Part shown: piece after piece, positions 9,559 to 18,314 of the stretch | Layout: each line of letters begins with the position of its first letter | Position numbering within the stretch: the stretch's first letter is position 1 | Assembly (NCBI GenBank): GCA_043825735.1 | Contig: JBDRRP010000092.1 | Location: forward strand, 1 to 64,000 | Direction of reading: 5' to 3' | Source of the DNA: Pseudomonadota bacterium | GTDB taxonomy: Bacteria; Desulfobacterota; Desulfobacteria; Desulfobacterales; JBDRRP01 | DNA length: 64,000 bases | The notes under the pieces: generated by a model | What the model was told of the DNA's origin: nothing | Database searches by the model: none | What the model saw: the letters and a program-made list of their open reading frames with translations, nothing else | Program-made: the position numbers and the translations under genes

Positions 9559-9966
9559 TCATTTTCGCTTTTTCTTCTTTTTAGGTTCTGCAGTAAAGGT
9601 TGCGTCGATGGGATGGATGGCGGTGACATCGATTTCGAAGACCGTGTTCAGTTCAAAGGCACCGGTGGATTTCTCGGGGATGGACAGCAGAAAGAGGGGG
9701 CTGTTTTTGCTGAACTCCTGCAACCACTGGCGGCGCTGGCTGTCTTCGCCGGTAAGCACCAGCAGTTTGTTGCCGAAGTCCGAGCTGACGCTCCAGGTGT
9801 GGTAGATTTTGCCGCCCTGATCAGCCGGCTGGGCCTTGTAGGTCTCCTTCATGAAGGTGACCACATAGTCGTTGGCCCAAGCCGGGGCGGCCGTCACTGA
9901 CATGAACACGACTGCCGCCAGAAACGCCGTCACCCGCTGCCACCAGTTTTGAGTTTCCATTGTCAT
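9559..9966 (-). CDS. Hypothetical exported protein
   Basis: Signal peptide-like N-terminus (..APAWA), GAGGAG RBS, Lys-rich tail. Confidence 0.7.
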   Translation of the reverse strand: MTMETQNWWQRVTAFLAAVVFMSVTAAPAWANDYVVTFMKETYKAQPADQGGKIYHTWSVSSDFGNKLLVLTGEDSQRRQWLQEFSKNSPLFLLSIPEKSTGAFELNTVFEIDVTAIHPIDATFTAEPKKKKKRK

Positions 9967-10031
9967 TTTCTCCTCTGGGCACCATTAAGCCAGACGGCAT
10001 CCGGCCGTATGCCTTAAATCAAAACCGTTTT

Positions 10032-10127
10032 TCGCGCAGCGGCGCGGAGGCGCAGAGAAAAAAATACAATTAAAAAATGCCGAACAGGTCGTTAATGTTC
10101 TCTGCGTCCCTGCGTCTCTGCGCGAGA
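10032..10127. repeat. Tri-heptamer palindromic element (CGCAGAG type)
   Basis: CGCAGCG-G-CGCGGAG-G-CGCAGAG / AT-rich spacer / CTCTGCG-T-CCCTGCG-T-CTCTGCG. Confidence 0.8.
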
Positions 10128-10214
10128 TAACAACTTGTTGTTTCTTTACCGGTTCGAGGTGACCCCGAACCATCAGGATCCTCCAATCAAAGGCAGATGC
10201 GGCGGCGGCCATGA

Positions 10215-11912
10215 TCATTTGGTCTGCTGCGCCTTTTCTATTTTGGCCCAGGAGTCACGCAGCGTGACCGTACGGTTGAATACCGGGTGCCCGGGCCGGC
10301 TGTCTTTGCAATCCGCACAGAAATAGCCAAGGCGTTCGAACTGCCATCGGCTGCCGGGCGCGGCGTCCTTCATGCTGGGTTCCAGGCGGCAGTCGGTGAG
10401 GATTTCCAGGCTGGCGGGGTTCAGGTTGTCGGTGAAATCGCCGCCCTCGGCAACGTCATCGGGGGCGGGCGTGTTGAACAGGTGATCGTAGAGGCGCACT
10501 TCGGCAGTGATGGCGCGTGCCGCCGAGACCCAGTGGAGTGTCCCCTTGACCTTTCGGCCGTCGGGGGCATCGCCGCCCCGGGTGGCCGGATCGTAGGTGC
10601 ACCGCAGCTCGACCACCGCGCCGTCAACGTCCTTGATCACCGCTGTGCAGGTGATGAAATAGGCATACCGCAGCCGGACCTCACGGCCGGGCGTCAGCCG
10701 AAACCACTTGCGAGGGGCTTCTTCCCGAAAATCGTCCTGCTCGATGTAGATCTCGCGGGAAAATGGGACCTGGCGTGTTCCCCGTTCCGGGAATTCAGGG
10801 TGATTGAGGAATTCAAGTTCTTCCACCTGGTTTTCCGGATAATTTTCGATGACCACCTTCAATGGCCGCAGGACGCCCATGACCCGCGGAGCGGTGGCAT
10901 TCAGATCTTCCCGGATGGTGAATTCCAGCAGTGCCATGTCCACCATGCTGTCGCGCCGGGCCACGCCGATGCGTTCGCAAAACCGGCGGATGGCCTCCGG
11001 GGTATAGCCGCGGCGGCGAAGTCCGCTGATGGTGGGCATGCGCGGGTCGTCCCACCCGTCCACGTGTCCTTTTTCCACCAATTGAATGAGTTTGCGTTTG
11101 CTCAAGACGGTGTAGGTGAGGTTGAGCCGGGCGAACTCATACTGACGGGGGCGGCTGGGCGTGTCGAGTTGATCCAGGACCCAGTTGTAAAGCTCCCGGT
11201 TGTTTTCGAACTCGAGGGTGCAGATGGAGTGGGTGATCCCCTCGATGGCATCCGACAGGCAGTGGGTGAAATCGTACATGGGGTAGATGCACCATGCATC
11301 GCCGGTCCGGTGATGGTGGGCATGGCGGATGCGATACAGGGTGGGATCGCGCATGATGATATTGGGGGCGGACATGTCGATACGAGCCCTGAGCACATGC
11401 GTGCCGTCGGGAAATTCGCCGACCCTCATTCTTTCAAACAGCGCCAGGTTTTCTTCGACCGTCCGGTTGCGGTAGGGACTTTCCTTCCCGGCCTCGGTGA
11501 GGGTGCCTCGGTATTGCCTGATCTCTTCGGCGCTGAGGCTGTCGACATAGGCCTTTCCCTGCCCGATGAGGTCGACGGCGAAGGCATGCAGGCGGTCGAA
11601 ATAATTGGAGGCGAAGTATTGCCGGTCTTCCCAGTCGAACCCCAGCCATCGCACATCGGTCTTGATGGCGTCGACGTACTCCACATCTTCCTTGGTGGGG
11701 TTGGTGTCGTCGAACCGGAGGTTGCAGCGCCCCCGATAGTCTTTGGCGATGCCAAAATTTAAACAGATGGATTTGGCGTGGCCGATATGCAGATATCCGT
11801 TGGGTTCCGGTGGGAACCGGGTGGCGATGCGGGTATGCGTGCCGGCGGCGAGGTCGGCGTCGATGATGTCTCTGATAAAATTGGTGGCGGTATCTGTGTC
11901 TGCAGATGTCAT
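10215..11912 (-). CDS. glnS: Glutamine--tRNA ligase
   Basis: [34 protein letters not shown] motifs. Confidence 0.97.
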   Translation of the reverse strand: MTSADTDTATNFIRDIIDADLAAGTHTRIATRFPPEPNGYLHIGHAKSICLNFGIAKDYRGRCNLRFDDTNPTKEDVEYVDAIKTDVRWLGFDWEDRQYFASNYFDRLHAFAVDLIGQGKAYVDSLSAEEIRQYRGTLTEAGKESPYRNRTVEENLALFERMRVGEFPDGTHVLRARIDMSAPNIIMRDPTLYRIRHAHHHRTGDAWCIYPMYDFTHCLSDAIEGITHSICTLEFENNRELYNWVLDQLDTPSRPRQYEFARLNLTYTVLSKRKLIQLVEKGHVDGWDDPRMPTISGLRRRGYTPEAIRRFCERIGVARRDSMVDMALLEFTIREDLNATAPRVMGVLRPLKVVIENYPENQVEELEFLNHPEFPERGTRQVPFSREIYIEQDDFREEAPRKWFRLTPGREVRLRYAYFITCTAVIKDVDGAVVELRCTYDPATRGGDAPDGRKVKGTLHWVSAARAITAEVRLYDHLFNTPAPDDVAEGGDFTDNLNPASLEILTDCRLEPSMKDAAPGSRWQFERLGYFCADCKDSRPGHPVFNRTVTLRDSWAKIEKAQQTK

Positions 11913-12207
11913 TGGTCGTGTCCTGTCTTTTTTGCTCGGTGAAGCCTGTTATAGGACGCACGGTCGCACTGCGCCCATCGATGTGTTGGGATGTGTCCGT
12001 TGACAGATGCCATGTGTCAATGGACAATAGATATCACATCGTTCCGCCGGGTGCCAGACACAGCCAGTTTACCGGGGCCTGTTTTTCCTTTTGACAATCG
12101 GCTGCTTTTTGTGACCAATAGATGAAACTGCCCGCGATTTCTACCTTTTTATACGACACGGGGGAGGTAGGGGTGCCCCTTAACGCCGGCGCCCATGGAG
12201 GCCGTCG

Positions 12208-12636
12208 ATGATTTCCGTCCTGCTGCTGCGCAACCAGTACGCCGACATCGAGCGCCTGGCGCATGCGGTGATCGCCTTCGGGGAGGTGAATAACCTGCCC
12301 GAGGAGATCGTCGGCGACATTCGTCTGGCGTTGGAGGAGGTGGTTACCAATGTCATGATGCACGGGTATACCGATAACGCGCCTCACGAGATCGAGATCC
12401 GGTTTTCAGCCGTGCCCCATCGGGTATCATTCACCGTCATCGACGACGGCCAACCCTTCGACCCCCTGAGCACCGCACGGCGTGATCTGGAAAAGGGATT
12501 TGACGATGGAAAGATCGGTGGGCTCGGGATTCACCTTTACACGCAGTTGATGGACACAGTGTCCTACCAGCGGCTCAATGACCGTAACCTGCTGGTGATG
12601 GCAAAACGCATCCCCGGCCACCGTACCAGTGACTGA
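12208..12636 (+). CDS. RsbW-like anti-sigma factor / Ser-Thr kinase (HATPase_c_2)
   Basis: LALEEVVTNVMMHGY, DDGQPFDP, GGLGIHL. Confidence 0.88.
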   Translation: MISVLLLRNQYADIERLAHAVIAFGEVNNLPEEIVGDIRLALEEVVTNVMMHGYTDNAPHEIEIRFSAVPHRVSFTVIDDGQPFDPLSTARRDLEKGFDDGKIGGLGIHLYTQLMDTVSYQRLNDRNLLVMAKRIPGHRTSD

Positions 12637-12702
12637 CGCAAACGGAAGACGGTGGATGGGAGTACTTTCCGCAAATGCAGCAACGATGAAAGGAGTCCTG
12701 TT

Positions 12703-13083
12703 ATGGCGCTGGATGTCACCATTACGCAGAAGGCAGATGGGGCCTACATAGTGTCGCCCATCGGATCATTGGATACGGCCAGTTTTCAAACGTTTGACCA
12801 GCAAGTAAAAACCATTATCGACGCCGGAGCGACGTTGGTTGTGCTGGACATGGGCCAGTTGAAGTACATCAGCAGCATTGGGGTGCGTTCCATCATGCTG
12901 GTGCGAAATGGCGTGACCAAACGCGGCGGCAAAGTGTTGTTTATGAACCTGCAGCCCCAGATTAAGAAAGTCTTCGACATCATCAAGGCCATTCCATCCA
13001 TGCAGATTTTTTCCAGCGTAGCAGAGTTGGACGAATACCTGGACGCCATGCAAAAAAGCGTACTGCAGTCTGAAGGAGAGTAG
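12703..13083 (+). CDS. STAS-domain anti-sigma factor antagonist
   Basis: GSLDT, LDMGQLKYISSIG phospho-Ser motif; AGGAG RBS. Confidence 0.88.
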   Translation: MALDVTITQKADGAYIVSPIGSLDTASFQTFDQQVKTIIDAGATLVVLDMGQLKYISSIGVRSIMLVRNGVTKRGGKVLFMNLQPQIKKVFDIIKAIPSMQIFSSVAELDEYLDAMQKSVLQSEGE

Positions 13084-13272
13084 ATGCCCGCCGTCGATTT
13101 CTGGTGCCGCTTCTGCAACCGCCGGTTCACGCGCGTGGCGTTGCTCGGGGATGATGATGCGCCGTCTCGCTGCCCGGAATGCGGCCGACCGGTGCCACCG
13201 GAGGCGCTGCGGTCAAAAAGTCTATTTGATGGGATCGCCGGATTCAGCGCCCTGTCAAAAGACACCAATTGA
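13084..13272 (+). CDS. FmdB-like zinc-ribbon small protein
   Basis: MP..F.CRFC...F...CPECG pattern; starts immediately after STAS stop. Confidence 0.65.
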   Translation: MPAVDFWCRFCNRRFTRVALLGDDDAPSRCPECGRPVPPEALRSKSLFDGIAGFSALSKDTN

Positions 13273-13399
13273 ACCCGATGACCCTGCGGCGGTCTGCCGC
13301 AGATCATTGGGAAAAGACGCATCCTGAGCGTGTGCGGTCAGTGGTGCCAGTCGTTACGGCGGCTCGTAAGCACTAATAGCAAGCCCCGGGGATGTCGCA

Positions 13400-13630
13400 T
13401 CAGAGGGCTGGCGATGGTAACGGCAGTTTCTTGCGGCAGTCTCCCGAGTAATTGCCGATGAACGCGCCGCATTTGGTATTGAAGAATACCATCGCGGCTT
13501 CCACCGTGTCGAATACAATCCAGTCCTGCCGCACGATTTTCTCTCCCCGCCTGCGGATCCGCATGATTTCAGTGTTGCCGTGGTACTCGAAGAAATCATG
13601 ATGACTGTAGTACAGCTCATGCTTTCTCAT
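13400..13630 (-). CDS. Small hypothetical protein (76 aa), probably sigma54-driven
   Basis: GGAG RBS before ATG at 13630; upstream -24/-12 promoter. Confidence 0.6.
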   Translation of the reverse strand: MRKHELYYSHHDFFEYHGNTEIMRIRRRGEKIVRQDWIVFDTVEAAMVFFNTKCGAFIGNYSGDCRKKLPLPSPAL

Positions 13631-13715
13631 TGCCGAATCTCCATCACGGTTTGCGTTAGGGCGCTGCCGAACACCGGTCTTTGACTGATATATCGGTTGG
13701 TTGTGCGATAACATG

Positions 13716-13731
13716 AGCAACTGTCGTGCCA
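13716..13731 (-). promoter_or_regulatory. sigma54 (-24/-12) promoter
   Basis: Minus strand TGGCACG-ACAG-TTGCT matches consensus TGGCACG-N4-TTGC exactly. Confidence 0.8.
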
Positions 13732-13984
13732 TTTTTAAGCGATTTTGATAATATTGTTAAAAAACAGTGGGTTGCGATTATCATCCCGGGAAAGGCTTGC
13801 GGGCGGCGGTGATGCACGCGCAGGAGCCGTTAACTTATTGACGGGCCTTTACTTTTTTACCAAAGCGTTGGTACAACTGCTCACAGATGGGCATTGGGCA
13901 TCGGGAGGCGCTTTTCGGCAGATGGTTTTCGGGCACCCGCTGCGGTGAGCGGCTTTACCGGCACTGATTGCGAAAGGGCAAGGC

Positions 13985-15499
13985 ATGGCAGATCTCTACA
14001 AGGTGGTTCTCAAAGGCAAAACCATCCTGGGATGGGCACGGGCCGATGTCGTTGAAAATCTGGCCAAATTGATGAAGATCCACCCGGACAAGGCCAATGA
14101 TCTGCTTCGCGGCGATCCCTTGATTGTCAAACAGAATGTCGAACACTTTCAGGCAGAGAAGCTCATGGGGGTTTTCCGGGATGCCGGGGTGGATTGCGAA
14201 ATCATCAAGCTGGCAGCGCCCCTGCCGTCAAAGAAAAAACCCCGGCGACCCGCCAACTCCGTGGAGTGCCCCAAGTGTGGTTATGTCCAGGAAAAGGGGC
14301 TCGATGAATGCGGTGGCTGCGGGGTGCTGTTTGCAAAACTGGAAGCGATGGCCGAAGCGGAACGTCAGGCGCAAGCGGCGGCTGCGGCCCCGAAACCGCA
14401 CTTTCTTGAAGACATCACGCATTTCATCGGCCCCAAGCAGGACTATTACTTAAAACAGGTGGATCTGTTCCGCCAGCGGCAGGGCGGCTTCGTCTGGACC
14501 TGGAACTGGGGCGCGTTCCTTGCCGGTTTCTGGTGGTTTTTGTACCGCAAAATGCCCGCGGTGGCAGTGGCGGCCTTCATCGGGTTTTGCATTCCGGGGG
14601 TTAATCTGCTCGTATGGATTGCCCTGGGTGGTGTGGCCAACTACCTTTACTTCCAGCAGGCCAAAAAGAAGATCACCCAATTGCGCGAGGCCCATCCCAC
14701 GGGTGATATCGGCGCGCGTCTGGCTGCTGCCGGCGGTATTGACCGGCGGATTCCGGTCCTGGCCGCCGGACTCACGCTCCTCATCGTGGGCTTGGCGGTG
14801 GCCCTGCCGTTTTACACCCACTACCAAGTGGCGAAGCGGCTGGAGCGGATTCCCCGGACAGCCATTTTGAGACCCACCTTCCAGACCTCGGAGGGGTTCA
14901 AAGAAGCCGGTACGGCGTGCGTGATTGAGATGCCGGAATATGAGCGGTTCATGCTGCTTACCGTGCACCACCTTTTCAGCCCCGTGGGTGGGTTCGAGAA
15001 AACCTATGCCTGGAACGGTATCCGCGCACTGGTCCAGCAGGTCAACGCGACCTCACCCGCCGACCTGGCCCTGGTGGTGTCCACCAAAGAAGTACTGCAG
15101 ATACCCAAAGCGGCCGCCTTCAACGGCCGCCAGGTCAGTCGCGACCTGGCGGTTTTTCCCCTGCCGGACAGACCCCCGGTACCGGCGTTCCGACTGGCCG
15201 TCGCCCTGCCCGCAATAGAAGAGCGGGTGTGGTTGATGGCGTTTGTCGGCAAGGGGGCGGACGCCGGCAGTGCACTCCATGGGGCACGCGTCCGGCAGGC
15301 GGATGCCTCAGCGGTGACCATACAGTTTGATGATGCCGATCTTGATCTGACCGGTGCCAGCGGGGCACCCGTTCTCGATGGGTTCGGGGCTCTGGTGGGG
15401 GTGCTTGTGGCCGGGGCCGATCAAAACAAGGTGCTTTTCGGCTTCGTCAATCCGGCACCGGAGATTCGATTGCTTATCGAAGAGGGCTTCAAGCTATAA
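13985..15499 (+). CDS. Membrane protein: zinc ribbon + DUF2628-like TM domain + C-terminal trypsin-like serine protease domain
   Basis: CPKCG...CGGCG; WNWGAFLAGFWWFLYRKM; LTVHH / DLAV / GASGAPV triad-like motifs. Confidence 0.7.
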   Translation: MADLYKVVLKGKTILGWARADVVENLAKLMKIHPDKANDLLRGDPLIVKQNVEHFQAEKLMGVFRDAGVDCEIIKLAAPLPSKKKPRRPANSVECPKCGYVQEKGLDECGGCGVLFAKLEAMAEAERQAQAAAAAPKPHFLEDITHFIGPKQDYYLKQVDLFRQRQGGFVWTWNWGAFLAGFWWFLYRKMPAVAVAAFIGFCIPGVNLLVWIALGGVANYLYFQQAKKKITQLREAHPTGDIGARLAAAGGIDRRIPVLAAGLTLLIVGLAVALPFYTHYQVAKRLERIPRTAILRPTFQTSEGFKEAGTACVIEMPEYERFMLLTVHHLFSPVGGFEKTYAWNGIRALVQQVNATSPADLALVVSTKEVLQIPKAAAFNGRQVSRDLAVFPLPDRPPVPAFRLAVALPAIEERVWLMAFVGKGADAGSALHGARVRQADASAVTIQFDDADLDLTGASGAPVLDGFGALVGVLVAGADQNKVLFGFVNPAPEIRLLIEEGFKL

Positions 15500-15520
15500 A
15501 TTCGCCTGAGGCGAATTTAT
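15496..15520. terminator. Stem-loop between convergent genes (same stem as 2508-2537)
   Basis: ATAAATTCGCC-TGA-GGCGAATTTAT. Confidence 0.6.
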
Positions 15521-15532
15521 GTGATGTCGCTT

Positions 15533-17881
15533 TCACGGGATGCGTTGGGGGCCATCGACGGAGGCTTCATCGATGGCGCGCCGGACGCATTGGGCGAGTT
15601 CCCGCCGGTCCAGCGGTTTCATCAAGTAGCCTTTGAATCCTTTTGCTGCGGCCTCTTCTTCTGAAAACTTCTGGCTGAACCCCGTGCACATGATGATGGG
15701 AATGTCAGGGCGGATGGCCTTCATGCGTTCAGCCAGCATCGTTCCTGTCATGCCTGGCATTTCCATGTCGGTGATCACCAGATGGTAGCGATCCGGCGAT
15801 TTTTCAAAAGCGGCCATGGCGGCTTCGGCGGCGGTGTGGGCGTCCACACGGTATCCCAGTTTGCCAAGCAGTTGAGCGGCCAGGCGGACCAGCGCGATTT
15901 CATCGTCCACGATCAGAATCTGTTCGGTTCCTCGGGCAGGTGCATCGGTGGCCGGTGCCGGGTCACTTTCAGGGGCTGTGGACAGTGGCAGCCAGATCGT
16001 GAACCGCGTCCCTTCCTCGCCTGGACTGGTGACGGTGATGTGTCCGTGATGGCCCGTCACGATGCCGTGGACCACCGACAGACCCAACCCCGTGCCTTTG
16101 CCCACCGCTTTTGTGGTGAAGTAGGGATCGAAAATTCGGTCCATGACATCCGGGCTGATGCCGTGGCCGGTATCCTGGATCACCAATTCAGCCAGCGGTT
16201 GCGCTGACAGGTGGCGGGGCAGCAGGTCGCGAGCCGCCCCCGCTTCGATCTTTCGGAGCCTCACACTGAGCAGCCCTCCGGTGGTTTCCATGGCGTGGGC
16301 GGCGTTGGTGCACATGTTGATCATCAACTGGTGAATCTGGGTCGGCAGTGCGTCGATGATGATCGCATTTTCCGGCAGGTCGATATGGAAGCCGATACTG
16401 GCCGGAAGGGTCGCCCTGAGCAGATTCATTGATTCACTGATGATTGCGCACAGGTTCAGGGCGCGTTTGACGGGGTCGTTATCGCGGGCAAAATGCAGCA
16501 ACTGGCTGACCACTTCGGTACCGCGCTGGCAGGCAATGCGGATCTCTTCAAGGCAAGGGCTCAGCCGGTTATCTTCTCCGGCCTCATCCAGGGCCATGTC
16601 GACATTGCCCTGGATGATTCCCAGAATATTGTTGAAATCATGCGATATACCGCCGGCCAGGGTGCCGATGGATTCCATCTTGTGGATCTGCTGGAGCTGC
16701 TGGAAAAGTTGTGCCTTTTGCGTTTCAGCCAGTCGCCGCTCGCGGGACAGGTCATCGAGTTCAGCTTTAATCAGTGCGATGGCATCGAAGACATCCGCAA
16801 AGGGGTGGTCGCTGGCGATATCGTACGGCGCATGGATTCCGTCTTCTTCCCATTGGATGGTGCCTAAGTATTCAACAAGCTGCCGGGCATAGCGCGCGAT
16901 GTCGCCGGTAGATCGCTCAAGGGTATCCGGCGCTTTGGATACGCTCTCGTGGCGCCGGTGTTTTTTGATGAGATCGACCGCCTCGGGCAGACTGTCCACC
17001 ACCCGGAGTTTAAACGGCAAGAAAGGGCGCCCCAGGATGACGCCGGCGCGGATGAGCCGATTGGCCCTATAGTAAACGAGCATTTCGATCGGATACTGTC
17101 GATGCCAGGCGATCATGGACTGAGTGTATTTGCGGCGGCCCTTGTGGCTGGTGCCTTTCAATTCTTGCACATTGGCGATGATGCCTGAGAACCCGTGCGC
17201 CAGCCCCAGTTTATCGACGATCTGCTGGCGCAGATCGGTGATGGCATCCACATGCTCGGCTTTGAGGTAACCCTGGCTGACGGTATGGAAGACATCCCCC
17301 TCGATGACCTCGCAGTCCATCCGGAAGCCTTCCTGCGACAGCGTCCAGGGAAATGGCGGCCGTTTGGGGTGCCGGCTTTGTGCCGGCGATGTCGGCAGCC
17401 CGAGGGCCTCCAGCGCCGCCTGCAGGGCGCTGTCGAGGTCATTGGTGATGAGAATTTTGAATTTGACGAAACGGAACCGGCGGGCGAGCATGATGCTCAT
17501 GCGGAACTTGGGAGAGACGCCGCAAAAAATAAGGGCGCTCATCCGTTCAAGTGCGCGGATTTTCCGGATGTAACTGGTGCGGGCGTCGAGACTGGCGCCG
17601 GTAAGGCCGGACCACTCCTCGATGAGTGCAAAGGGTTTGCCCGGAGCGATGTGCCCGGCGATGATCTGTTGCAGCATTTGGAAATGGTTTTTAACGGAAG
17701 TTTCCGTTGAGGTGCCGCTGCCGTGGCAGACGATGATGCGCTCGCATACAAGTGCCACCGTGAGGCGGGCGTTCGTATCGACAGGCAGGTTTGTCCATTC
17801 CGGTCTCTGCAGGATATCGAGACCGTCACGGAGGACTTGCCCCTTCTTTGCATGGGGCGTTGGGGCGCCAGGTGGCTGCAT
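15533..17881 (-). CDS. Cytoplasmic hybrid histidine kinase/response regulator with duplicated N-terminal SpoIIAA/STAS-like domains
   Basis: GTLAGGISHDFNN H-box, NAAHAM N-box, DTGHGI, FTTK, GTGLGL; receiver ILIVDDE...ITDMEMP...KP. Confidence 0.9.
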   Translation of the reverse strand: MQPPGAPTPHAKKGQVLRDGLDILQRPEWTNLPVDTNARLTVALVCERIIVCHGSGTSTETSVKNHFQMLQQIIAGHIAPGKPFALIEEWSGLTGASLDARTSYIRKIRALERMSALIFCGVSPKFRMSIMLARRFRFVKFKILITNDLDSALQAALEALGLPTSPAQSRHPKRPPFPWTLSQEGFRMDCEVIEGDVFHTVSQGYLKAEHVDAITDLRQQIVDKLGLAHGFSGIIANVQELKGTSHKGRRKYTQSMIAWHRQYPIEMLVYYRANRLIRAGVILGRPFLPFKLRVVDSLPEAVDLIKKHRRHESVSKAPDTLERSTGDIARYARQLVEYLGTIQWEEDGIHAPYDIASDHPFADVFDAIALIKAELDDLSRERRLAETQKAQLFQQLQQIHKMESIGTLAGGISHDFNNILGIIQGNVDMALDEAGEDNRLSPCLEEIRIACQRGTEVVSQLLHFARDNDPVKRALNLCAIISESMNLLRATLPASIGFHIDLPENAIIIDALPTQIHQLMINMCTNAAHAMETTGGLLSVRLRKIEAGAARDLLPRHLSAQPLAELVIQDTGHGISPDVMDRIFDPYFTTKAVGKGTGLGLSVVHGIVTGHHGHITVTSPGEEGTRFTIWLPLSTAPESDPAPATDAPARGTEQILIVDDEIALVRLAAQLLGKLGYRVDAHTAAEAAMAAFEKSPDRYHLVITDMEMPGMTGTMLAERMKAIRPDIPIIMCTGFSQKFSEEEAAAKGFKGYLMKPLDRRELAQCVRRAIDEASVDGPQRIP

Positions 17882-18151
17882 AACGGTTACCGATCATTTT
17901 GCTGGAGGCGGCGCCCGGCGATAAAAGATCACCGGGCCGGGCGCCGGTAGACGGCTGCATCCGGTTACTGACTGCTGTTTTCAGTGTTCCGGATGTGGCT
18001 ACGCGATAGTTGCTACATAATGCGTCGCTATTTTTAGTGTTGGTATCATCATAGATTACTTTAACAAATATGCAAGCCGGTACACGGTCCATGGCGGGCA
18101 ATACTGAGCGTTTCCGCAACAGAGGTCCGGGCATGGCTCCGGCCACCGTCC

Positions 18152-18192
18152 CAAAAGAAAAAGGAGCCATGGGAAAAGACCCATAGCTCCTT
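18152..18192 (-). terminator. Intrinsic terminator after tRNA-Gln
   Basis: AAGGAGC(T/C)ATGGG stem with T-run on minus strand. Confidence 0.7.
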
Positions 18193-18201
18193 GATGTTCA
18201 A

Positions 18202-18275
18202 TGGCTGGGGGACAAGGATTCGAACCTTGGTTAACGGGGCCAGAACCCGTCGTCCTGCCTCTAGACGATCCCCCA
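18202..18275 (-). tRNA. tRNA-Gln (CTG)
   Basis: Minus strand TGGGGGATCGTCTAGAGGCAGGAC...TTCTGGC anticodon loop...GGTTCGAATCC...CCCCAGCCA, 74 nt with encoded CCA. Confidence 0.95.
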
Positions 18276-18314
18276 GAAAAGCGCGCTGAAAACTATATCA
18301 CCTGCCCGGCTTCG

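Noticed and set aside
10287..11762. Long antisense ORFs (here and at 23449-24792, 34830-36287, 40049-41428)
   Set aside because: Shadow frames of well-supported genes in GC-rich DNA, with no motifs
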